This document shows, one piece after another, positions 1-7,536 of a stretch of 13,997 nt of DNA; the first letter of the stretch is position 1; each line of letters begins with the position of its first letter. A program made the translations under genes and the position numbers. The notes under the pieces are model-generated. The model ran no database searches. It saw only the letters and a list, made by a program, of their open reading frames with translations, and was not told the origin of the DNA. The stretch is from a virus (Duplodnaviria; Heunggongvirae; Uroviricota; Caudoviricetes). The stretch lies in IMG/VR virus record IMGVR_UViG_2609459774_000005, positions 1-13,997 of that record; one strand, written 5' to 3'.

Positions 1-1314
1 CTAACCCACTGATTTTAATAAGTCTCTTGTGTCACTTTGGTGACCATGGGACATCATTGGGACATAATCTGCCAGCTTCTGATTCAGCATTGCGATCTGT
101 TCTGCATTACTGTCAGTCATCCATGCTCCGTATACATTGAATACCATCTGGGCACTTGCATGGCCCATCTGGCTGGCAATGAAGCTTGGGTTTGCTCCGG
201 CAGATAATGACCAGCACGCATAAGTGTGTCGTGACTGGTATGCTTTCCGGTGCCTGATGCCCGCACGCTTAACGGCTGTTTCCCATGAGTCGCCAATAGA
301 ATCTACCTTGTAGATAAAACCGACCTGTTTGCTTTTTCTAACCACCTGGGGGTTAAATACGAAAGTACATTCATGATTCACTGAGCGCCCATATTCACGT
401 AGTTGAACCTTGATGTGGTGCTGCTTACCCAGTCTTGTCATTTCAGCCTGATTTTTCAGGACACTGATAGCGGGCTGGATAAGATGCACAACCCTGTTTG
501 TACTTGCTTCAGTTTTAGGTAGAGTGAACTCACTGAGTTTCGTATAATTGCGCCTGATAGTAATAGTTCCTGCTTTCAGATCGATATCTTCCCAGGCCAG
601 GGAGACCAGTTCACCGTGACGCATTCCTGTGTACACAGCCAATGACCACAGGTTTTTCGTCTGCTGATGTCGGCAAGCATCTATCAGGCGAATAAATTCG
701 TCACGAGTTAGCGGATCTGGCTCTGCCCTGGCTCTTTTAAGAGGCTTAATTCCCTGGAAGGGATTTGCTTCTAAGTAACCGTGATCTGCAGCAAACTGAA
801 ACATTCCAGCGATAGTTGTCATGTAATAATTTACAGTAACGACGCTCCGTCCTTTTGCTGCTGCTTTGTTTTTCGTTGAATTCTGATACCCAGTCAGTAA
901 ATCTTTCCTGATATACAGCAATTCCTCTTTGGTTACCGATGACACCAGTCTGCTGCCTCCAATTTTCGGAACCATCGTTCTTGCAACGGATTCATAGCGA
1001 TTGAATGCATTTGCAGAGATTTCCATTCGTTTCAGATCCAGCCACTTTTCTTCAAGTTCCTTCACCGTAATTTCTTTTTTACTTACCCCAAAAGCCTGAA
1101 GGTTGGGGGAGTCAGGGAACTGTGCAGCATAATCAAAGCTTCCTGTGCGGATGGCAAAACATACCGATGTCCTCAGTTCCCCGGCGATCTTCCTGTTCTT
1201 GGCAGTGTCAGGGACACCAAGATTTTCCCTGACACGTTTACCTTTAAAATTAAACCAGATGCGTAATGTGCCGCCGTGGTTTTCGACGCCTGTTGGATAT
1301 TTGACTTTATCCAT
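1..1314 (-). CDS. int: Tyrosine recombinase / phage integrase (437 aa)
   Basis: Complete ORF whose stop codon is the first three bases of the window. The C-terminal region has the H-x-x-R box (SRHTYA) and a downstream Tyr (NVYGAWM) typical of tyrosine recombinases. Its position and orientation directly downstream of an excisionase-like gene fit an integration module. Confidence 0.9.
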   Translation of the reverse strand: MDKVKYPTGVENHGGTLRIWFNFKGKRVRENLGVPDTAKNRKIAGELRTSVCFAIRTGSFDYAAQFPDSPNLQAFGVSKKEITVKELEEKWLDLKRMEISANAFNRYESVARTMVPKIGGSRLVSSVTKEELLYIRKDLLTGYQNSTKNKAAAKGRSVVTVNYYMTTIAGMFQFAADHGYLEANPFQGIKPLKRARAEPDPLTRDEFIRLIDACRHQQTKNLWSLAVYTGMRHGELVSLAWEDIDLKAGTITIRRNYTKLSEFTLPKTEASTNRVVHLIQPAISVLKNQAEMTRLGKQHHIKVQLREYGRSVNHECTFVFNPQVVRKSKQVGFIYKVDSIGDSWETAVKRAGIRHRKAYQSRHTYACWSLSAGANPSFIASQMGHASAQMVFNVYGAWMTDSNAEQIAMLNQKLADYVPMMSHGHQSDTRDLLKSVG

Positions 1315-1369
1315 TGATACCTCCAGACGCCCAAGAGCGATACGAGCTTACATATTTCATGATATTAAA

Positions 1370-1606
1370 TCACCTGGGTTGTTTGTTTTTCATTGAGGCG
1401 ACCCAGGCATCTATTGCTTTTCTGTTATACATACATTCACTGGAAGGCTTTGGATTACCGTCTGGTGATACGTGAATATACTCTCTTCCAACCATCCAGC
1501 ATTCTTTCCGGGCCCGAAGAATTGTGCCTGGTTTGAGCCCGGTAATTGCGATAAGAACGCTTTCACAAACCCATTCATTGGGAGCCAGTTGAATCACATT
1601 GCCCAT
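1370..1606 (-). CDS. xis: Excisionase (lambda Xis-like, 78 aa)
   Basis: Small basic protein immediately upstream of int on the same strand. The segment ILRARKECWMVGREYIHV resembles the lambda Xis region ending in DGREYLFH. Confidence 0.7.
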   Translation of the reverse strand: MGNVIQLAPNEWVCESVLIAITGLKPGTILRARKECWMVGREYIHVSPDGNPKPSSECMYNRKAIDAWVASMKNKQPR

Positions 1607-1764
1607 GCATTACCTCACACAACACTCAGCCCACGGCAGTGGCACCACACTTCAAACATTCGTTTCACAATTTCACGACAGTAGAAGCCGTCAACATCTC
1701 GCGTCAGGTCATAGCGATTGCCGTAACGCTGGCGCACCCATAGCTCAAACGCTTTATTCATTCT

Positions 1765-2007
1765 TTACTTCCTTTTCATGGCCCGTAATTTTTTCAGATG
1801 AGCTTCCTGCTCTGTTTCTGCCAGAATTTGTCGGTATTCCTGGTGATCAATCCGTTCAAACAGTTCATTGAAATCGTTTATTTTTACTGACTGTGTTCGC
1901 CCATCAATTCTTCTGTACAACACAGTGTTGTTTATGCAGCGAATAATTATTACCGGGTAACCGGCACTGTCGGTATACAGTTGTCCCTGATTAATCAAAG
2001 CGAACAT
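1765..2007 (-). CDS. Hypothetical protein (80 aa)
   Basis: The ORF-track reading frame is trimmed to the internal ATG at 2007, which is preceded by AGGAGA. The longer start would overlap the upstream gene by about 90 nt. Confidence 0.5.
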   Translation of the reverse strand: MFALINQGQLYTDSAGYPVIIIRCINNTVLYRRIDGRTQSVKINDFNELFERIDHQEYRQILAETEQEAHLKKLRAMKRK

Positions 2008-2038
2008 TTTTTCTCCTGCTCTCTGAATAGTGAGAACT

Positions 2039-2410
2039 TCAGAGCCGTATGTTTGTAGCGGGTTCAATACTGATAATTTCTGCTGAGATAAGCATCCCGG
2101 CAAGCCAGAGTTCTCCGGACAGGTCTTCATCCTGACATATCAGTTCGCCAATATTAATGGTGGCCATGATATCTGTTTCCCCTGTACGCTCATCCTCGAC
2201 TTCTTCATAAGGCAGTGTTGCGTACAGGCTTTCAATAGCGCAACTGATAACATCGAGTCCGGTCAGGTTGCCACCAACAGTGACTTCGAATGTTTCGCGG
2301 TATTCCCATTGCCCGAAAGTTAATCGAATGGTTTGTTTCGCCATGCGTCCGCATGACGTCAGATTTGGGTCATAGTTCATTATTTGCGGTTGAGTATTAT
2401 GAGTGTTCAT
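2039..2410 (-). CDS. Hypothetical acidic protein (123 aa)
   Basis: Intact ORF in the leftward operon with no motif I recognise. Confidence 0.5.
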   Translation of the reverse strand: MNTHNTQPQIMNYDPNLTSCGRMAKQTIRLTFGQWEYRETFEVTVGGNLTGLDVISCAIESLYATLPYEEVEDERTGETDIMATINIGELICQDEDLSGELWLAGMLISAEIISIEPATNIRL

Positions 2411-2451
2411 CTGCTTTTCCCTTAGCCCGACGGCCTGCCGGGCATATTAAG

Positions 2452-3279
2452 TTATTTAACCTGGATAAATGGTGTATTGGCACCGCTGGTCATGTATTGC
2501 GGCAGCGTGCCGTTCCATTTATTGATGGCTTCCAGCTCCATAACACCGGGGTTCTGACGCAGAGCTTCACCGCGTAAACGAATAGCATCGGCTTCAGCCT
2601 GGGCTTTTGTGCGAATCGCATCAGCCTGTCCGGCAGCTTCCGCGCGCAACATGTTGGCTTCCGCTTCGCGCTGTTTTACTTCCTGCTCGCGTTGCAGAGT
2701 TTTCTGGTTCGCCGTGACTTTGGCATTAATGCTGTCGATAACAGTAGGCGGGTACTCCGGCTTACCCACATATGAGAGGCTTATTACCTGAATACCGATG
2801 GGCGTCATTTCTTCCTGAATGTCTTTAAGAGCTGCATCCAGCAGCTCAGGCTTGCCGCCGTCGATAAATTTGTCGGTGGTCATTTTGCTGGTCAGTCGGT
2901 TGAGTGCGTCGGCTATCTTCTGGCGCAGGTCGGTGTCGGTAATGTCGTCCACGCCTTTGCGGTAGGTCTGAAAGACTGTGGTAACTTTGGATGGATCAAC
3001 CTTGTAGGCTACTCCGATGTGGTAACCAATGGTTGTTCCATCGCTCATCTGGAAACTGAATGGATCATCGTAGGTCTTCATCTGCTTAAAGGTCGGGAAG
3101 ATATAAACTTCAGTGTTCCAGCCTGTCCAGTAGCGACCAACACCGACCACTTCACCGACGCCTTTGTCGTCGCCAAGTTTGTTGACTTTGATGCCCACAT
3201 TACCAGGCTCAACACGATCACAACCGACAAGGCCAATGGCAGGCAGAACAATGGCTAAAGAAAAAATAATTTTTTTCAT
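2452..3279 (-). CDS. SPFH / band-7 (prohibitin-flotillin-like) lipoprotein (275 aa)
   Basis: N-terminal signal peptide with lipobox LVGC (MKKIIFSLAIVLPAIGLVGC). The central region has SPFH-like character and the C-terminus is an Ala/Glu/Arg/Gln-rich coiled coil (QREQEVKQREAEANMLRAEAAGQADAIRTKAQAEADAIRLRGEALRQ), as in band-7 proteins. The start codon overlaps the stop of the upstream membrane ORF (ATGA) and is preceded by AAGGAT. Confidence 0.85.
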   Translation of the reverse strand: MKKIIFSLAIVLPAIGLVGCDRVEPGNVGIKVNKLGDDKGVGEVVGVGRYWTGWNTEVYIFPTFKQMKTYDDPFSFQMSDGTTIGYHIGVAYKVDPSKVTTVFQTYRKGVDDITDTDLRQKIADALNRLTSKMTTDKFIDGGKPELLDAALKDIQEEMTPIGIQVISLSYVGKPEYPPTVIDSINAKVTANQKTLQREQEVKQREAEANMLRAEAAGQADAIRTKAQAEADAIRLRGEALRQNPGVMELEAINKWNGTLPQYMTSGANTPFIQVK

Positions 3280-3464
3280 CTTTTATCCTTAGTGAAAGAA
3301 AGCCCCTTATAAATGGTATAAATACATGGCGGGGTTAGAAACGTCAGTGCAAAGCCAGAAATCACCGCTACCGTATCCTTCATTGATATCAGAAACGGGA
3401 CGAGCAATCCGTAAATACATGCGATAATTGCCAGTGATATAACTATTCTGAAATAAATGTTCAT
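3276..3464 (-). CDS. Small two-helix membrane protein (62 aa), candidate NfeD-like partner of the SPFH protein
   Basis: Two hydrophobic stretches (IVISLAIIACIYGLLVPFLI and VAVISGFALTFLTPPCIYTIY). Strong RBS (GGAGG) before the ATG; stop overlaps the SPFH start. Confidence 0.6.
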   Translation of the reverse strand: MNIYFRIVISLAIIACIYGLLVPFLISMKDTVAVISGFALTFLTPPCIYTIYKGLSFTKDKR

Positions 3465-3524
3465 GGTCCTCCTGCTGTATTCAGCTTGCCTTATTTAATT
3501 GCGTCATGGTTAATTTCGTTTACG

Positions 3525-3917
3525 TCAGAATGGTTTTGTTGCCATCAGTTCGTAATATCCGGCGCTCCATGTGTCATATTTTCTGAACCATTTTTCTGTA
3601 TACTGTTTCCTGGCGATGAGTCTGCGCAGTCGTCTGATTGTTCGCTGGTGTGCGCGGGTGTACTCTGTGGTTGATTCTCCACGTTTCCATATTTCATTCC
3701 CGTTGAAGATAAAACGCTTGTCAGGATGGCGTTGTCGGAATCCTGAACGTTCAAAAGCGCGGGTGGTCATAAAGAATGCCAGGTAACGAATTGCCGTTTT
3801 TCGAGTGAGGCATTTTTTTGTTCTTCCGTGATGTGTTACAAAAAATAACGGGCCGACGGGTGTATCATGTTTCTGTAATGCCTGGTCAATGGCGCTGGCG
3901 GTGCGGTTGTCGATCAT
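3525..3917 (-). CDS. Hypothetical basic protein (130 aa)
   Basis: Intact ORF whose start overlaps the stop of the upstream gene (ATGA). Arg/Lys-rich C-terminus. Confidence 0.5.
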   Translation of the reverse strand: MIDNRTASAIDQALQKHDTPVGPLFFVTHHGRTKKCLTRKTAIRYLAFFMTTRAFERSGFRQRHPDKRFIFNGNEIWKRGESTTEYTRAHQRTIRRLRRLIARKQYTEKWFRKYDTWSAGYYELMATKPF

Positions 3918-4132
3918 TTCTTTATTTCTCCCGAATAACGTTCATGACTCATTATTTCCCAGTTCCGGCCGTCGTCTTTCGATAACAGCCGCCAGCGACG
4001 GTTAACCTTCAGACTGAGATATCCGTTGCGCTGTATCCGATGCGGGAATATACGTCGGCATCTGTACCGCCGCAGGACCAGCAACGCCTGCTGGTGGACC
4101 CACTCAGGAATTCGCGTTGCTGTTAATGTCAC
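3914..4132 (-). CDS. Hypothetical basic protein (72 aa), apparent GTG start
   Basis: The ORF track starts at a GTG at 4132 that is preceded by AGGAGG at a 6 nt spacing. It overlaps the upstream gene by 29 nt. The protein is Arg-rich, so the call is uncertain. Confidence 0.4.
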   Translation of the reverse strand: MTLTATRIPEWVHQQALLVLRRYRCRRIFPHRIQRNGYLSLKVNRRWRLLSKDDGRNWEIMSHERYSGEIKK

Positions 4133-4319
4133 TGGTTTCCTCCTGAGCAGGTGCTGTTATCTGATACCCCGCTCTTTCTGCCAGCCATATGAATGTATCC
4201 ATGCTGGCAATCAGCTCTCCATCGCGGACTTTGCAGACATCTGTTACCTGGCCATTTTCAATTGTCATAACGATCTGCACTTTTTCGTGCACAACAGATA
4301 CAGGGGATAAATTAGCCAT
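4104..4319 (-). CDS. Hypothetical protein (71 aa)
   Basis: Intact ORF whose ATG overlaps the stop of the upstream gene by 1 nt (TGATG). Confidence 0.45.
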   Translation of the reverse strand: MANLSPVSVVHEKVQIVMTIENGQVTDVCKVRDGELIASMDTFIWLAERAGYQITAPAQEETSDINSNANS

Positions 4320-4678
4320 CAGTTAATTCCTCCGCTGATATATTTTTCTTTCGCGTAATCAATAACCTCTTGTAAAAGGTTGTCTATAATTAACTTTCCG
4401 GTTTCAGCCTGGTATTCAGTATGTTGATTAATCCCGATGGCATTCTGGTATGCAGTTCGGAATTCTGTTTCACCCTCCACTCGACCCAATTCACCACGGG
4501 TAATATCTTCAAAGCGCAACAGCAACTGGTTTATAAACTGTTCTGTTATTTCTATGGTCGTAATGTTCCCATCCAGAAGGTCAACAATAAGCAGATCACC
4601 ACCTGTTTTACGTTTTATTCGATGGAGTGCTGCAACAGCTATACGGCGACGATATGTATTAATGGGTTCATGTGTCAT
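4319..4678 (-). CDS. Hypothetical protein (119 aa), first gene of a four-gene coupled cluster
   Basis: Intact ORF downstream of a 195 bp intergenic region (4679-4873). Confidence 0.5.
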   Translation of the reverse strand: MTHEPINTYRRRIAVAALHRIKRKTGGDLLIVDLLDGNITTIEITEQFINQLLLRFEDITRGELGRVEGETEFRTAYQNAIGINQHTEYQAETGKLIIDNLLQEVIDYAKEKYISGGIN

Positions 4679-4873
4679 TTGTTATTTCCCGTATGCTTTA
4701 CGCAGAAATAAGCAGGCAATATGTATGTAATTTTCACCGTATTGTGCAATAAGACAGGCGGTCTTGTGTGATGCCATATTCTTTATAAAAGTCATAATAA
4801 ATCCTCCTGTGGATTAAGATTGTAACAATCCCCGGCGATAAAACCGCAATAAACGTTCAGAGCATATTTGTTG

Positions 4874-5239
4874 TTATTGCGCTAATTCTTTTTCGGCAGC
4901 AGTTTTTGCATACTCACATGCAAAATTCAGAATTTCGCTGCCGAGTGTTTTCGTTTCGTGATTACTGGACATATGTAATACCTGTGTTGCATGCAATAAA
5001 TGATAAACATTTACCGCAAATGAATCAGGCTCCAGACAAATGCCTTCGTAATTATCTTGCTGTGAGGTTGTTTCTGTCATTGCTTCTGAAGTGCATGCGA
5101 GCCTGTTTTTGACAATTCTCTTTCCTCTAATCACTATATCGGCAACATCTATTGCCTTTACAACCTCCGGGAGAAGTTCCGGGTTTGTATAATCAAAGTC
5201 ATCAACATGGAGAACAGTTATGTTTTCGAACTTTTTCAT
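4874..5239 (-). CDS. Hypothetical protein (121 aa) in an AT-rich island
   Basis: Intact ORF with AGGA before the ATG. Visibly AT-rich codon usage compared with neighbouring genes. Confidence 0.5.
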   Translation of the reverse strand: MKKFENITVLHVDDFDYTNPELLPEVVKAIDVADIVIRGKRIVKNRLACTSEAMTETTSQQDNYEGICLEPDSFAVNVYHLLHATQVLHMSSNHETKTLGSEILNFACEYAKTAAEKELAQ

Positions 5240-5418
5240 GGCTTCCTCAGCTGACTTATATGTCCTGCTATATAGCGAGTCTCAGAAGTGTTTTCATATT
5301 GAGACTGTTTCCGCAATGATTGATAATCAGTTACCGGATGCTTATCCGTGTCCGGCGCACGACCACACGTAGCCGCGTGTTGGTCCCCATTTTCAATTCA
5401 GCTCTCAATGGAGGATAA

Positions 5419-5646
5419 ATGATTAACGCAGAGCAACTCGAAAAAGAGATTTCAGAACTCAAAAAAGAATTAATTTGGCACAAAGTTGCTATCTCCGCAT
5501 TAATTCGTCAGGTAGTTTCACCTGAAGATAAAGTAAAGTTTATGAAGCAGTTCTCATCTTCATCAAAGGAGTTTTTCACTGACGAGGTTCATCCAGAGGC
5601 TGGATTTTGGATCCGTCAATTATTTTCGCAAGATAAGCGTAAATAG
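5419..5646 (+). CDS. Hypothetical small protein (75 aa), possible coiled coil
   Basis: Strong RBS (GGAGG, 5 nt spacer) before the ATG. The N-terminus (EQLEKEISELKKELIWHKVAISALIRQ) looks heptad-like. Its 3' end overlaps the convergent gene 5576-5818 by 71 nt. Confidence 0.4.
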   Translation: MINAEQLEKEISELKKELIWHKVAISALIRQVVSPEDKVKFMKQFSSSSKEFFTDEVHPEAGFWIRQLFSQDKRK

Positions 5647-5818
5647 CGTCATCAATACTCGCGTCGCTCTTGAATTTAAGAGCGATGCTCTTTATATCCT
5701 CTGAAATTATTACCAGATCACCATATGTTATATTTTTATTATTGCGCGCAGTGCTTTTTTGTATGAAATCAAGCAATTCACCAATGAGACAAATATGGTA
5801 AGCATTACAGTTTTTCAT
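5576..5818 (-). CDS. Hypothetical protein (80 aa), translationally coupled to the upstream HTH-domain gene
   Basis: Trimmed to the internal ATG at 5818, which overlaps the stop of the 5815-6276 gene (ATGA). AT-rich. Confidence 0.5.
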   Translation of the reverse strand: MKNCNAYHICLIGELLDFIQKSTARNNKNITYGDLVIISEDIKSIALKFKSDASIDDAIYAYLAKIIDGSKIQPLDEPRQ

Positions 5819-6276
5819 GCGCAGATATCCTTTGCTGCCGTTTCGCCAGTTAACAGCCACATCGCATCGCAGCCAAGAATATTTGCCAGTGGGATAAGCA
5901 TACTGATAGTTGGTTCATACTCTCCGCTCTCCCACTGGATGATAATTTCTTCATCGAGATCGAGCAGCCTGGCGAGTTCGGCGGTTGTTAAGCCGCAGGC
6001 TTCGCGTTGGGTGCGAAGGTTAACCAGCCAGCTTTCAGGGAAGGATTGTTTTTGTTGCGCAGGAGAAGCAGCAGATAGAGCATATTCATGGATAAATTCC
6101 ATTACCTCAATGCCCAGTTCCTTTGAGCGAGCACAATCCAGAAGATGGAATGTGCGTACAGCACTTAGCAAATTTGCAATATTTAATGCAAAGGAATCAA
6201 GTTCTAAGCCCTTAAGCGTAACACAGCCGCAGTTGATAAAATTAGTTGTTTCTGGAGTTGCTTTTAGTGTCTTCAT
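5815..6276 (-). CDS. Two-domain protein (153 aa): unknown N-terminal domain plus C-terminal XRE/Cro-type helix-turn-helix
   Basis: The C-terminal segment LRTQREACGLTTAELARLLDLDEEIIIQWESGEYEPTISMLIPLANILGCDAMWLL matches the XRE-family HTH pattern. Start set at the ATG at 6276, which has GGTGGA upstream. Confidence 0.65.
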   Translation of the reverse strand: MKTLKATPETTNFINCGCVTLKGLELDSFALNIANLLSAVRTFHLLDCARSKELGIEVMEFIHEYALSAASPAQQKQSFPESWLVNLRTQREACGLTTAELARLLDLDEEIIIQWESGEYEPTISMLIPLANILGCDAMWLLTGETAAKDICA

Positions 6277-6324
6277 ATATCCACCAACAATTTTAAATTG
6301 AATCAAATCAAGTTATAATTGATG

Positions 6325-6358
6325 GTGCGATATTATGTTTTGGGAAATAGCCTGTCAA
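6325..6358 (-). promoter_or_regulatory. Candidate sigma70 promoter for the HTH-protein/partner operon
   Basis: On the minus strand, a perfect TTGACA (6358-6353) is followed about 16-17 nt later by an ATAATA/TAATAT -10-like hexamer. It lies between the cI terminator and the HTH gene start. Confidence 0.45.
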
Positions 6359-6388
6359 GAAAAAATTGATATCGTATATTTCAGGCAG

Positions 6389-6409
6389 AAAAAAAACGGG
6401 CAAAGCCCG
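6389..6409 (-). terminator. Intrinsic terminator directly downstream of the repressor gene
   Basis: On the minus strand, hairpin CGGGC-TTT-GCCCG is followed by a run of eight T, 14 nt after the cI stop. Confidence 0.6.
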
Positions 6410-6422
6410 TTAGAATCAAAGA

Positions 6423-7112
6423 CTAACCAAATCTGTTTATGTTGAATGGTACTGATGAGATCACTTTAGACTGGATATAAAGCAGAGCTAACCCCTCTTT
6501 TTCGATGCTCCATGGTTGATAATTGGGGTTATCAGATAACACCATGATTTTGCTTCCAATTTTTTGAAGCCTTTTCACGTAGCATTCTCCATCAAAACAA
6601 AATGCATAAATACCATCGCCATCAAAATAAGTTACTGTCTTATCAAGAAAAAGAAGGTCGCCAGGTGAGATTGTGGGAGCCATACTGTCTCCTCTGGCGT
6701 TACCTATTTCTATATTTTTGAATGCCCGATTTCCAACAAGACGTCGGGCATATTCAGGATCAAGTTCTATTGAGCGCACTACATCTATCAAGTCACCACG
6801 GACATGAGTTCCATCACCGCAACTAAACTCAACATCAAGGACATTAAACACGACGCTATCTGTTCTTGTCTGGTGTTTCTCTTGCGAGGAAAAGGTTGGT
6901 GAGGAGTCTTCACCTAAGAACCAGGATTGTGGATAACCGCTAATCTCTGATAAATGCGCGAGCTTATCACTCCGTGGAAATGTTTTTCCTGTTGTCCAGT
7001 ACTGCACTGATTGCGCACTCACACCTAACTTGCGGGCCAGTTGAGCCTGAGTCCATCCTTTTGCTTTCAGCATCGCGGCTATTCGATTTTCCGTGTTTTT
7101 GACGTTCTTCAT
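6423..7112 (-). CDS. cI: CI-like phage repressor (HTH plus LexA/S24 peptidase domain, 229 aa)
   Basis: N-terminal HTH (TQAQLARKLGVSAQSVQYWTTGKTFP) and C-terminal S24-like region with the GDSM motif (NARGDSMAPTISPGD) and a downstream Lys (CYVKRL). Divergent from a Cro-like gene. Start trimmed to the ATG at 7112; the track's start at 7118 is a TTG. Confidence 0.9.
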   Translation of the reverse strand: MKNVKNTENRIAAMLKAKGWTQAQLARKLGVSAQSVQYWTTGKTFPRSDKLAHLSEISGYPQSWFLGEDSSPTFSSQEKHQTRTDSVVFNVLDVEFSCGDGTHVRGDLIDVVRSIELDPEYARRLVGNRAFKNIEIGNARGDSMAPTISPGDLLFLDKTVTYFDGDGIYAFCFDGECYVKRLQKIGSKIMVLSDNPNYQPWSIEKEGLALLYIQSKVISSVPFNINRFG

Positions 7113-7245
7113 GACCAAATCCTGTGGGTTTCTTTACAAGGATAAATCTTTACTTGATTTTAGTGTATTCGATCCTTTTGTAACTTGCATGTTAATTTAA
7201 ACTTGATGTATTCTTGATTTATAAAGTTAATATTGGTGCTTTGTT
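7113..7245. promoter_or_regulatory. Divergent immunity-region promoter/operator segment between the cI-like and Cro-like genes
   Basis: AT-rich intergenic region with repeated CTTGAT-containing motifs (ACTTGATTTTAG, ACTTGATGTAT, TCTTGATTTAT) and an imperfect inverted repeat TTACAAGGAT ... ATCCTTTTGTAA. Exact -35/-10 hexamers could not be assigned. Confidence 0.5.
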
Positions 7246-7536
7246 ATGGAAGGAAATGATTACGACAAACTTCGTGCATTAATTGCGCAAAATGCCATAG
7301 CGCGAAATCTTGGTGTGACGCCGCAAGCGGTGAATCAGTGGTTTTCAAAAAGCACAATTCCTGCTCGTTTCGTTTTACGAGTATGTGAAGTAGTTGCATG
7401 GAAGGTTACGCCTCATGGCTTAAGGCCAGATCTTTATCCTCACCCTGAAGATGGAATTCCTAACTTGTTACGCAAAAGCCTAAATCCAAGTTCACCACAC
7501 AGAGCGGATGGAATACACGCAGGAGATAAACAATGA
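7246..7536 (+). CDS. cro: Cro-like / YdaS-family transcriptional regulator (96 aa)
   Basis: Segment LGVTPQAVNQWFSKSTIPARFVLRVCEVVAWKVTPHGLRPDLYP fits the YdaS/Cro-like family pattern. First rightward gene, divergent from cI. Confidence 0.75.
   Translation: MEGNDYDKLRALIAQNAIARNLGVTPQAVNQWFSKSTIPARFVLRVCEVVAWKVTPHGLRPDLYPHPEDGIPNLLRKSLNPSSPHRADGIHAGDKQ

Noticed and set aside
1145-1396. 83-aa plus-strand ORF overlapping the integrase 5' end
   Set aside because: It lies mostly inside the well-supported integrase gene on the opposite strand and has no RBS or motif.
1607-1764. Possible small gene between the excisionase and the 80-aa gene
   Set aside because: Translation from the minus-strand ATG at 1761 hits a stop after 19 codons; no ORF of credible length is present.
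5759-6301. 180-aa plus-strand ORF
   Set aside because: It is antisense to the HTH-domain gene, which has a recognisable motif, RBS and coupling; the translation is Ser-rich and low-complexity.
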